A DNA stretch of 64,000 nucleotides from an uncultured cyanobacterium (GTDB taxonomy: Bacteria; Cyanobacteriota; Cyanobacteriia; Pseudanabaenales; Pseudanabaenaceae). Below the pieces are notes generated by a model. The model had not been told where the DNA came from. It ran no database searches and was given only the letters and a program-made list of their open reading frames with translations. This document shows, one piece after another, positions 1 to 8,657 of this stretch (position 1 is its first letter; every line of letters begins with the position of its first letter). Position numbers and translations under genes: made by a program. The DNA is taken from NCBI GenBank assembly GCA_963703315.1, contig OY969811.1, forward strand, positions 3,776,001 to 3,840,000, written 5' to 3'.

Positions 1-1110
1 CAATTATTAGAACCTTTAGCAGGATTTACAGGGGAATTGGTGGTTCTCACGGGAGATTCACCTTTACTCCGTTCTGAAACTATCCAAACCTTGATTGATA
101 GCCATCGTCAACATCAAGCTTCAGCAACGGTACTGACAGCGATTCTGCCTGACCCTACAGGCTATGGTCGCGTATTTTGCGATCGCGATATGAAGATTGA
201 CAAAATTATTGAGCATCGTGACTGTACCCCCGAACAGATTCTGCATCAGCGCGTGAGTACAGGTGTCTACTGTTTTGATTGGCAACAATTAGCTCAGGCT
301 TTGCCAAAACTTACGAATGAGAATTCTCAACAAGAATATTATTTGACCGAGGTTTTTGATTATCTCACTGAAGTTTATGCCAGCGATTTAGAAGATCTCG
401 ACGAAAGCCTTGGTATTAACGATCGCCTTCAGTTAGCCAATGCATATAACATTTTACAAAAAAGAACTAAAGACAAATGGATGCGTGCGGGAGTAACCAT
501 GTTATTACCCGACACGATCACCATTGATGATGAAGTGGAACTTGCGCCCAATGTGATTATTGAGCCAAATTCCCATTTGCGCGGTAATACTAAAGTTGGC
601 TCAGGTTCGACAATTGGTCCTTCTAGTCTCTTGTCGAATAGCATTATTGGAGAGAATACGACTGTGCAGTTTTCGGTAATCGAAGATAGTCAAATTGCGG
701 ATAATTGCCAGATTGGTCCTTTTACGAGAATTCGTGGCGAGTCGGTGGTGGGTAATAAATGTCGCATCGGTAACTTTGTGGAACTCAAAAACACCAAAAT
801 CGGCGATCGCACCAATGCTGCTCATCTCAGTTATTTAGGCAATGCCACCCTCGGAACTCGTGTGAATATTGGTGCAGGTACAATTACCGCTAATTATGAT
901 GGCTTTAAGAAGTATCAAACAATTATTGGCGATCGCACTAAAACAGGTTCTAATTCAGTTCTGGTTGCACCGATTCAAATTGGCGAAAATGTGAATATTG
1001 CCGCAGGTTCGATCATTGTGGAAGATGTGGAGTCTAATGCTTTAGCGATCGCTAGAGCTAAACAGGTGACTAAGCCTGATTACTACGATCAAGAGGGTCG
1101 CAAAAAGTAA
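1..1110 (+). CDS. glmU: Bifunctional UDP-GlcNAc pyrophosphorylase / glucosamine-1-P acetyltransferase (5' end outside window)
   Basis: Frame open from base 1 (QLLEPLAGFTGELVVLTGDSP); GYGR, EYYLT, GINDR, GNFVELK, HLSYLG and GAGTITANYDG motifs; hexapeptide repeats. Confidence 0.97.
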   Translation, partial: QLLEPLAGFTGELVVLTGDSPLLRSETIQTLIDSHRQHQASATVLTAILPDPTGYGRVFCDRDMKIDKIIEHRDCTPEQILHQRVSTGVYCFDWQQLAQALPKLTNENSQQEYYLTEVFDYLTEVYASDLEDLDESLGINDRLQLANAYNILQKRTKDKWMRAGVTMLLPDTITIDDEVELAPNVIIEPNSHLRGNTKVGSGSTIGPSSLLSNSIIGENTTVQFSVIEDSQIADNCQIGPFTRIRGESVVGNKCRIGNFVELKNTKIGDRTNAAHLSYLGNATLGTRVNIGAGTITANYDGFKKYQTIIGDRTKTGSNSVLVAPIQIGENVNIAAGSIIVEDVESNALAIARAKQVTKPDYYDQEGRKK

Positions 1111-1330
1111 CAAAAATTGAGAACTTAGCAACAGTGATAGAGTTGAGGCGGCGATCGCCCTATACAGTTTCATAGTTGTCTTATTTCCAATTCTATCTAA
1201 TTCTATTTTTAACGTGATGTGTAACCAATAAGATCGCGTTGATATATGTAAATGAAAACATCTTTTTGTATCTTTTTTGCTCTAAATAAATATTACCTAA
1301 AAAATCTAGCTAATCTACTTATTTAGATGA

Positions 1331-1479
1331 TTAGGCAGAAAAATTCCGTATAATTATCCTAAAACAGGATCTTAGGCAGAATTTTTCTGTATAGTACGCC
1401 CTATAAGGTGATTAGGCAAAAACTTGACTTTCAGCCTATATTGTCTATAGTCAGATTAGGCAGAATTTTTCCGCCTAAT
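1331..1479 (+). repeat. Four direct repeats TTAGGCA(G/A)AA at 40-44 bp spacing; last copy forms an inverted repeat
   Basis: Copies start at 1331, 1372, 1412 and 1456; ATTAGGCAGAA...TTCCGCCTAAT at 1455-1479. Confidence 0.85.
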
Positions 1480-1491
1480 ACATAGTTATGC
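1473..1491 (+). other. attI-like integron recombination simple site
   Basis: GCCTAAT-ACATA-GTTATGC has the 7-5-7 layout of attI1 (CCCTAAA-ACAAA-GTTRRRY); the core is the exact reverse complement of GCATAAC at 2240-2246. Confidence 0.55.
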
Positions 1492-1525
1492 CCCTCTTAA
1501 ATCAATCAGAAAAGAGATAGAATAG

Positions 1526-2176
1526 ATGAGTATTTATAGTAAGCGAATACCCATTTCTCCTAATTTCTTTTGTGATGGTCATGGTTATGTCCTTACCTCA
1601 TCCAGTTTAGGCGGTAGTGACTTAAATCCCAGTCAGTTTTCGGATCTTGTTTTGAATGGTTCGTCTGACGATATCGCGCCTCTTCTGACTCAAGGGATTT
1701 GTATGCCCGTTCTCTTTGAAAGTGATTGCTCTTTAGATCGCAAAACACTTTTTGTAATCGGGAATTTAACGAGTCAGGAGGAGAACGATTGGCGTGCCCG
1801 ACTTACGTGGAAACTGAACATTCCCTGTGGAAAGTTAATCTTGCTTTGTAGCTGTGTCACTGAAGATGTTGCCCATGCGATTTCTGGAAGACCGTCTAGA
1901 GAAGACTTTATGATTTTCCAAGTCATAGATGTGCCGCCCAATTTATACAAGGTTGATATTTATGCCTATCCATCAAGTCCAACCTTTGTTGAAACCCTTG
2001 ACGATAAAGACTATGAAAGGTATGAAGAAAAAATGCTTGAATTAGATTTAGACGACTATGACAATGAGGGAAACCTAACCTCAGTGGGTTATATCATTTG
2101 CCTCTCACCTCTTAATGCGGAACTTCAGCTACCAGAAACGAGTGATGCATGGCTTGAGAAATTTACTTTTCGTTAG
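1526..2176 (+). CDS. Hypothetical acidic protein, probable gene-cassette ORF
   Basis: 216-aa ORF with no recognised motif, bracketed by GTTATGC and GCATAAC. Confidence 0.75.
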   Translation: MSIYSKRIPISPNFFCDGHGYVLTSSSLGGSDLNPSQFSDLVLNGSSDDIAPLLTQGICMPVLFESDCSLDRKTLFVIGNLTSQEENDWRARLTWKLNIPCGKLILLCSCVTEDVAHAISGRPSREDFMIFQVIDVPPNLYKVDIYAYPSSPTFVETLDDKDYERYEEKMLELDLDDYDNEGNLTSVGYIICLSPLNAELQLPETSDAWLEKFTFR

Positions 2177-2239
2177 GTGCTAATCAGGCGTTGAAGACAT
2201 TGTTGTATTCACGAAAATAAAAGAGTGTATGGGAACGGA

Positions 2240-2400
2240 GCATAACAAATCATTGGAGCGGACGAAACCAAGGTATAGGCGTAGGGTGCGTTAATGAAAT
2301 ATAACGCACCTTTTTAATACAAATTATTTGTGCGTTACGCTCTGCTAACACACGCTACGAGGTTGGTTATGTGTTTCAAATTTCTTGAGTGCGATCGCCG
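2240..2400 (+). mobile_element. Degenerate attC-like site interrupted by a REP doublet
   Basis: GCATAAC-AAATC-ATTGGAGC-GGAC resembles an attC left end; right end is not recognisable beyond the HIP1 site at 2391. Confidence 0.55.
2280..2359. repeat. Inverted pair of GTAG-family REP palindromes (REPIN-like)
   Basis: CGTAGGGTGCGTTA..TAACGCACC at 2280-2310 and an inverted copy TGTGCGTTAC..TAACACACGCTACG at 2329-2359, flanked by AGG on both sides. Confidence 0.75.
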
Positions 2401-2427
2401 ATCTTGTATTGCGATCACTAGCTGATT

Positions 2428-2445
2428 TGTATCTTATAGGATACA
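2428..2445. promoter_or_regulatory. Palindromic operator of the toxin-antitoxin operon
   Basis: TGTATCTTATAGGATACA near-perfect palindrome 8 nt before the toxin ATG, overlapping a TACACT -10-like hexamer. Confidence 0.6.
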
Positions 2446-2453
2446 CTTAAAGA

Positions 2454-2744
2454 ATGATTGAAATCCGCCAGACTGAGATCTACTCTAAATGGTTTAAATC
2501 CTTGCGTGATACACAAGCCCAAGCACGGATCAACATTCGTATTCGTCGCTTATCGATGGGCAATTCAGGCGATGTAAAACCAGTAGGGAAAGGAGTATCA
2601 GAATTGCGTATTGACTATGCCGCAGGCTATCGAGTTTATTTCATACAACGAGGAGCGCAATTAATAATTTTGCTGGCAGGTGGGGACAAACGCACACAAG
2701 ATCAAGATATTAAGACAGCCTTAAACTTAGCCAAAGAACTATAG
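2454..2744 (+). CDS. Type II TA toxin, RelE/ParE superfamily (addiction module killer type)
   Basis: GNSGDVKPVGKGVSELRIDYAAGYRVYF and LLAGGDKRTQDQDI motifs; toxin-first order. Confidence 0.92.
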   Translation: MIEIRQTEIYSKWFKSLRDTQAQARINIRIRRLSMGNSGDVKPVGKGVSELRIDYAAGYRVYFIQRGAQLIILLAGGDKRTQDQDIKTALNLAKEL

Positions 2745-2753
2745 GAGAACTCT

Positions 2754-3038
2754 ATGACTATTCAAACCTATCCTTGGGATGCAGCAGACCACCTAGAAAC
2801 TAAAGAAGATATGGCAGCATATCTAGAAGCAGCACTCGAAGATGGCGATCCTGCTCTAGTGGTAGCAGCATTAGGAGATATTGCCCGATCTAAAGGCATG
2901 ACAAACATTGCCCGTGAAACAGGGCTTGGAAGAGAAAGTCTCTACAAAGCTTTATCTCTCGAAGGTAATCCAGAATTTGCCACTGTTCTAAAAGTTATTC
3001 AAGCTCTGGGTTTACGTTTACGAGCTACATCTGTATGA
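2754..3038 (+). CDS. Addiction module antidote protein (HTH antitoxin)
   Basis: WDAADHL, ALGDIARSKGM and GLGRESLYKALS..GNPEFATV motifs. Confidence 0.92.
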   Translation: MTIQTYPWDAADHLETKEDMAAYLEAALEDGDPALVVAALGDIARSKGMTNIARETGLGRESLYKALSLEGNPEFATVLKVIQALGLRLRATSV

Positions 3039-3248
3039 GACATTCTGCATACAAATGTAGAGTCAGAGCCTTAACTGCCAGACAGATAAGCGAAATAGTT
3101 ACATAAAGAATAGCCGCAGCTTTATGACCATAGCACCAACCTTAGCAAAACAATTACTGTCGAAGAATGGGTTAATCAAATAATGTCTATCCCCTTCTAA
3201 GTAGCTAGTGCGATCGCCAGTCCCGTAGAGTTCATTAAGGAAAAAGCT

Positions 3249-4910
3249 TTAAAAAATCCCCTTCTGGATCTCATCAGCAATAAACTCACTAGCTCTGGCG
3301 GTGATTGCCATTTCCGTTAAGGTGGGACTTTGCCAACCCGAAGAAGCCCAACAAGCACCATCGGTGACGAAAAGATTGGGAGCTTCCCATAATTGGTTAT
3401 GGGCATTCACGACCGAATTAGTGGGTGAAGTTCCCATTCTTGCGCCGCCGACTTCATGGATGTAATAACCAGGGGGAGCCGAAAATGCCATCGTTTCTTC
3501 CATGCGACTGACAAATTCTGAGAATATAGGCACATGGAAGATATCAGTAAGTTTCATATTCTTACCTCCCGCCAGTTTGATGATTGCATCAATTTGGCGA
3601 TGCATATGGTCTAGCATCAGATGTTCATTCTCTGACCATGCACATTCGATATGTGGCACAGGAATTCCCCATGCATCGACGACATCTTTATTTAATTGAA
3701 TGTGATTGTTGTAGCGAGGTAATACTTCCCCATGAGCAATCAGAAACCCAATGGAACCAGATCCCACTTTACGGACAATACTTGGTAAATCAAAACGCTG
3801 TACACCTCCCCAAATACCGTAACCGCGCAAAAACTGCTCCTGTTGCGATTCTAAATTGCAGAAGCAGGGAATGAAAAAACTATCACATCCTGAAAGGTCA
3901 AAGGTTTGAGGTTGCTTAATATTTGGCATGAAGAAGAAAGTAGAAGTGGATACATGATCCATCAGATATCGTCCTAACATTCCCGATGGATTAGTTAATC
4001 CCGCAGGTTGATATTGCTCAGTGGAGTGCAAGAGAATCCGTACTGACTCAATCGTGGAAGCACAGAGAACCACAGTCCGTGCAAACACCTCATGGGTGGT
4101 TTTACTGTTGCGGTCAATAAATGCCACACCACGCGCTTTACGAGTATCTGGATCGAAGATGACATGGCTGACTACGGCATCCGATCGCAAAGTCACATTA
4201 CCCGTCGCGATCGCCGCCTTGAGCGAAGAACCAAGACTAGAATACAATGGCCAGGGTTGCTCTGGAGTCGGGCGATACAGACCAAAGCCCCGTGAAGGAA
4301 TCAGACGGCGATCTGACCATTGACTTTCGACAACTTGCTTTAAATGCAACTCGGCGGGAGTGAGGGGCAATGTGGGCTGATAGTCGCCATCAGGCAGTTG
4401 TGGTAAACCTTCTTGACTACCTCGTACCTGAAAAAACTGCTCCAATTTGCTGTAGTAGGGTGCGAGATCGGCATGAGCGATCGGCCAGTCCTGCTCATGT
4501 CCATCGCGACTCGCCGCCTTAAATTCATAGTCCGACAACCGCAGAGTGATCCCCCCCCAAGTTAAGCTTTTACCTCCCACCTGACGACCACGAATCCAGA
4601 AAAAGGGCTGATCGTCTGGTGTGGTATAGGGATTATCCTTTTCATCAATGAACAAGTCTGGATTAGCCTTCCAGTAACCGGGGTGCATTGATTGGTAGGA
4701 TTGACGTTTGGAAATTGCCAGATTATAAAACCGCTTTGCCATATCCCGCACCTGATGCCCCAGATCAGCTTTGGCATCGGGAGTACGACCTGCTTCTAAG
4801 ACAAGGACTTTCAGACCGCGTTCACTCAATTCTTTGGCAGCGACACCACCATTAGCTCCAGAGCCAACCACGATCGCATCATAAATTTCTGAAGAGGAAT
4901 GGGTACTCAT
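3249..4910 (-). CDS. GMC family FAD oxidoreductase
   Basis: YDAIVVGSGANGG FAD motif, GRQVGGKS, HEVGGARMG, NLFVTDG; ATG at 4910 preferred over TTG at 4922. Confidence 0.92.
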   Translation of the reverse strand: MSTHSSSEIYDAIVVGSGANGGVAAKELSERGLKVLVLEAGRTPDAKADLGHQVRDMAKRFYNLAISKRQSYQSMHPGYWKANPDLFIDEKDNPYTTPDDQPFFWIRGRQVGGKSLTWGGITLRLSDYEFKAASRDGHEQDWPIAHADLAPYYSKLEQFFQVRGSQEGLPQLPDGDYQPTLPLTPAELHLKQVVESQWSDRRLIPSRGFGLYRPTPEQPWPLYSSLGSSLKAAIATGNVTLRSDAVVSHVIFDPDTRKARGVAFIDRNSKTTHEVFARTVVLCASTIESVRILLHSTEQYQPAGLTNPSGMLGRYLMDHVSTSTFFFMPNIKQPQTFDLSGCDSFFIPCFCNLESQQEQFLRGYGIWGGVQRFDLPSIVRKVGSGSIGFLIAHGEVLPRYNNHIQLNKDVVDAWGIPVPHIECAWSENEHLMLDHMHRQIDAIIKLAGGKNMKLTDIFHVPIFSEFVSRMEETMAFSAPPGYYIHEVGGARMGTSPTNSVVNAHNQLWEAPNLFVTDGACWASSGWQSPTLTEMAITARASEFIADEIQKGIF

Positions 4911-5038
4911 CTTTTTTGACAAACCTTAAGCTTTTAGCTATTTGCTTAGCAACTACAGCAATTTAATATCTTGCCTGAAAATGCCCTCAGAATTGCAAGA
5001 TTTTGGCTAAATGTAGCTAAGCGAGTTACGGCGCTTCT

Positions 5039-8000
5039 TTATGCAAATACTTCCTGTTGTTGAGACTCTAAAAACTCACGGATGCGTTTGACTTGAAAAT
5101 CACGGGCGTAGTCTAGGACTTGATTAGCAAAGGGGCTAAAAATGGGATCGGTTTCCTGTAGAAGTATGACCTCATCTTGAATGGCGATAATATCTCCCAT
5201 TTTGGCTAGCTGTATCAACTTCTCTAAGATACAAGTTGGCGGCGCAATTAATGGTTGGGCGATCGCCTCTTGATCTCCAGATTTAGCATTGATTGTGGTG
5301 GTATCAACTATCTCCAAATCTTCGTATTGCCATTCTAAATTGAGTAGCGATCGCATGGTATAGAACAAAGTATCGGGATTGACAGGTTTAGAAATAAAGG
5401 CATTACAGCCTACTTCCAGACTCAAATCACGATCTTGATTGAAGGCACTTGCGGAGATCATAATGATCGCGGTTTTCTGGAACATGGATAACTGGCGTAA
5501 CTGCTTCGTAGTTTCATGTCCATCTAGTTGAGGCATCACCATGTCCAGCAAAATTAAATCTGGCTCAAATATTTGCGCTTGAGTCAGACAATCGTAGCCA
5601 TTGATGGCTTCGGTGACAATAAAGCCGAGGGGGGTCAGCAAATCCCTTAATACCATTCGATTTTCAGTTTTGTCATCCACAATTAAAATCTTACAGCGAT
5701 CGCCTAAATAACCAATAACTGTACGGTTGTCTGGAGGTGAAATACTCGTGGGATGGGGAACTTCTACTAACTCAATTTCAAACCAGAATGTACTACCTTG
5801 ATTTAACGTACTTTCGACCTGTAGTTGCCCACCCATCAGTTCCACAATTTTTTGACAAATGGGTAAGCCTAAACCTGTACCAGACGAGTAACGAGCGCGA
5901 TCGCCTACTTGCTGGAATGGTAAAAAGATATCTTCCAATTTGTCAGGAGCAATGCCCACACCTGTGTCCGCGATCGCAAAACGGACTTTATAATTTTTAC
6001 TAGATTCACAGGGTTGAGCGCTAACTGTCAGAGAGACATTGCCACAATCAGTAAATTTAACCGCATTCCCAAATAGATTAATCAGTACTTGCCGTAGACG
6101 CTTTTCGTCGCCATACATCTTAGTTGGCAATGTTGTTAGCGGTTGATAGATGAGTTCGACATCCTTCACCTTGACTTGCAATCGAAATATATCAGTGATA
6201 CTTTGCAGTAATTTAGGAAGCTCAAATTCATGGGGATTAAGTTCAAGTTTTTTAGCTTCTATTTTAGAAAGATCGAGAATATCGTTAAGTAAGGTCAGCA
6301 GATGTTCACCACTGCGCTGAATGATTTCTAAACCTGAGCGATGCTTGTCAGGATCATAACTGCGTTTGAGGATCTGAGCATAGCCGAGAATACCATTTAA
6401 GGGAGTGCGTAACTCATGGCTCATATTGGCAAGAAATTCGCTCTTCGCACGGTTGGCAGTATCCGCAACTTCCTTCGCTGATTGCAGTTCCTTTTCCGCT
6501 CGTTTGCGATCGGTAATATCTGTACCTACGGATAGAATTTCAATTAATTGACCTTGATCGTCATAAATGGGTTTATTTGACCAAGTTACCCAGACACGCC
6601 GCCCATCTTTACAGATATTCTCATTTTCATTGAGTTGATACTTTTCGGGTGTATGGCAGATTTCGTTAATCATGTTTTGCAAATCTGACCCTGTGACATC
6701 CTGTGCAGAAACAATTGTCTCTAATACCGACTTGCCCAGCACCTCTTCCAATTGATAGCCAAAAAACTTCAATCCATAATCATTTAAGAAGCAAATATGA
6801 CCTTGAGTGTCCCAGCGTAAAATGATGCAGTTAGCAGATTCCACCAGATCGCGATATTTCTTTTCACTCTCTTTAATGCTTTCCTCAATCATTTTGCGAT
6901 CGCTAATATCTTTCAGCGCATAAATAGCAAAGGATTGACCGCCAAATTCAATTAGTTCCGAAGAGATTAGTCCTGTGAGTTTTTTGCCGCTTTTGGTAAC
7001 AAAATTTGCTTCAAAATTGGCAACTCTACCTTCTAATCTCAAAAGCTCGACTACGCGATCGCGGTCTTCCAAGTTAAACCAGAGATGTAAATCTGACGGA
7101 GCCGCACCGATCGCTTCTTCCCGACTATAGCCTGTAATTTCTGACCATTTATCATTAACGTCAATATGCGTAAAGTCTTCTGTGGAAAGTAATGCCATGC
7201 CGTCAGGACTAGAACGAAAAGCTTTCGCAAATTTTTCTTCCGATTCCCGCAAGGCAGCTTCTGTACTCTCATGTTCGAGAATTTCCTGTTGTAATGCTTG
7301 AGTTCGTTCATCTACTTTTTGCATGAGTAAATGAGAATATTCTTCTAATCGATTATGAGATTTTTTCATTTGGCGACTCATCTGATTAAAGGAAGTCGCT
7401 AAGATGGCTAATTCTTTGACCAGACAAGAATATTCAACTTTTTGGTCGAGTTCTCCTTCAGCAATCAGTTGACTGGCTATGCTTAATTGAGTAATTGGAC
7501 GGCTAATCCACCGAGCCGCAATAATTCCAAAGATAGTGGTAAGTCCCAGAGCCAATAGACATAGTAAGGCAGTAGAGCGAGTATTGTCTTTAATCTGCGA
7601 CATAAAGTCAGACTCAGGGACAACAATCACAATTCGCCAACTTAAGCCATAGGCATCATTGAGTTTACTGACTTGCAGAAAGTACTTCTCGCCATGTAAA
7701 TAAACGAAGGATTGCTCGGCAAAATCATTGACATATTTGATCTGCTCTTGCAATCTGAGTGCAGAAACACGGGTTAATTCATCTTGACTTTGGGTTGCCA
7801 AAATGCGTTCCGAACGATCTTCTTTAGTAGCAATCCCCGCATCCAGATTGGAAGTTGCCACGAGTTTTCCTGAAGGTTCAATAATGAAAGTCTGTCCGCG
7901 ATCGCTGACCTTAGTTTTCTGCAAAAAACGATTGATTTCTCCTAACAGAATCGATACGCCCAATACCCCTTGTAGTTCTCCTGTAGAAGCATATAGAGGC

Positions 8001-8647
8001 TTTACGGCGGTGATCGCAGGTTCACTAGTAATAATATCGGTATATACTTCACTCCAAGTATCTTTACGCGCTCGCAGCATGGATTGATACCAGGGACGGT
8101 CATGCAAATCAAAGCTGTTTTTTGCCAAGAGAAGGGTCTGCGGTCTACCCTTCTCATCAGTCATGTAAGTACTGTTGAAGTTATCTACTGCTAGTTTGTC
8201 TTGAATTCGTCGCGCCCCAAAATATTTACCTGATGTGGTTGCCACATAAATATTACTTAGCTGTGGAAATCCTCGCAGTTGTTTCCACAAGTGTCTTTGA
8301 ATTTTTGTTTCATCAATAGTGTCAATTTGTCCGAGGTCGATACTATTGGAATTTAATTGATTAATTGTAGAAGGTAATTCTAAATAGGAATGTAAGCGAA
8401 TTTGGACTTGCTCCGTGACTTTGCTCCGCAGTTGACTGGACAGTTGCTTTACGGCATCACGACCATTCTGAAATGATAGCCAGCCAATCAATCCGACGAT
8501 GCCGAAAGTACTGAGCAAAAACGGCACGATAATCAGTACGCTCAGAGGGATTTTAAAGCCTTTACTATTCATACAAGCGGACTTGTTAACCCCTGCGGCA
8601 GTTGATACGATTGGAGTTGCTTTAGTCGGTGGGGGCGTTATAGTCAT
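5039..8647 (-). CDS. Hybrid sensor histidine kinase (TM-Cache-TM-HAMP-2xPAS-HisKA-HATPase-REC)
   Basis: FLANMSHELRTPLN, NAVKFT, DTGVGI, GTGLGL, ILIVDD and DLILLDMVMP motifs; start may extend to 8671. Confidence 0.93.
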   Translation of the reverse strand: MTITPPPTKATPIVSTAAGVNKSACMNSKGFKIPLSVLIIVPFLLSTFGIVGLIGWLSFQNGRDAVKQLSSQLRSKVTEQVQIRLHSYLELPSTINQLNSNSIDLGQIDTIDETKIQRHLWKQLRGFPQLSNIYVATTSGKYFGARRIQDKLAVDNFNSTYMTDEKGRPQTLLLAKNSFDLHDRPWYQSMLRARKDTWSEVYTDIITSEPAITAVKPLYASTGELQGVLGVSILLGEINRFLQKTKVSDRGQTFIIEPSGKLVATSNLDAGIATKEDRSERILATQSQDELTRVSALRLQEQIKYVNDFAEQSFVYLHGEKYFLQVSKLNDAYGLSWRIVIVVPESDFMSQIKDNTRSTALLCLLALGLTTIFGIIAARWISRPITQLSIASQLIAEGELDQKVEYSCLVKELAILATSFNQMSRQMKKSHNRLEEYSHLLMQKVDERTQALQQEILEHESTEAALRESEEKFAKAFRSSPDGMALLSTEDFTHIDVNDKWSEITGYSREEAIGAAPSDLHLWFNLEDRDRVVELLRLEGRVANFEANFVTKSGKKLTGLISSELIEFGGQSFAIYALKDISDRKMIEESIKESEKKYRDLVESANCIILRWDTQGHICFLNDYGLKFFGYQLEEVLGKSVLETIVSAQDVTGSDLQNMINEICHTPEKYQLNENENICKDGRRVWVTWSNKPIYDDQGQLIEILSVGTDITDRKRAEKELQSAKEVADTANRAKSEFLANMSHELRTPLNGILGYAQILKRSYDPDKHRSGLEIIQRSGEHLLTLLNDILDLSKIEAKKLELNPHEFELPKLLQSITDIFRLQVKVKDVELIYQPLTTLPTKMYGDEKRLRQVLINLFGNAVKFTDCGNVSLTVSAQPCESSKNYKVRFAIADTGVGIAPDKLEDIFLPFQQVGDRARYSSGTGLGLPICQKIVELMGGQLQVESTLNQGSTFWFEIELVEVPHPTSISPPDNRTVIGYLGDRCKILIVDDKTENRMVLRDLLTPLGFIVTEAINGYDCLTQAQIFEPDLILLDMVMPQLDGHETTKQLRQLSMFQKTAIIMISASAFNQDRDLSLEVGCNAFISKPVNPDTLFYTMRSLLNLEWQYEDLEIVDTTTINAKSGDQEAIAQPLIAPPTCILEKLIQLAKMGDIIAIQDEVILLQETDPIFSPFANQVLDYARDFQVKRIREFLESQQQEVFA

Positions 8648-8657
8648 ACTATCTATA

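Noticed and set aside
1331..1479. CRISPR array
   Set aside because: Conserved core is only about 10 bp, the period of about 41 bp is too short for repeat plus spacer, and no cas genes are present
1111..3240. Tn7-type insertion at an attTn7 site
   Set aside because: attTn7 follows glmS, not glmU; no tns genes or recognisable transposon ends
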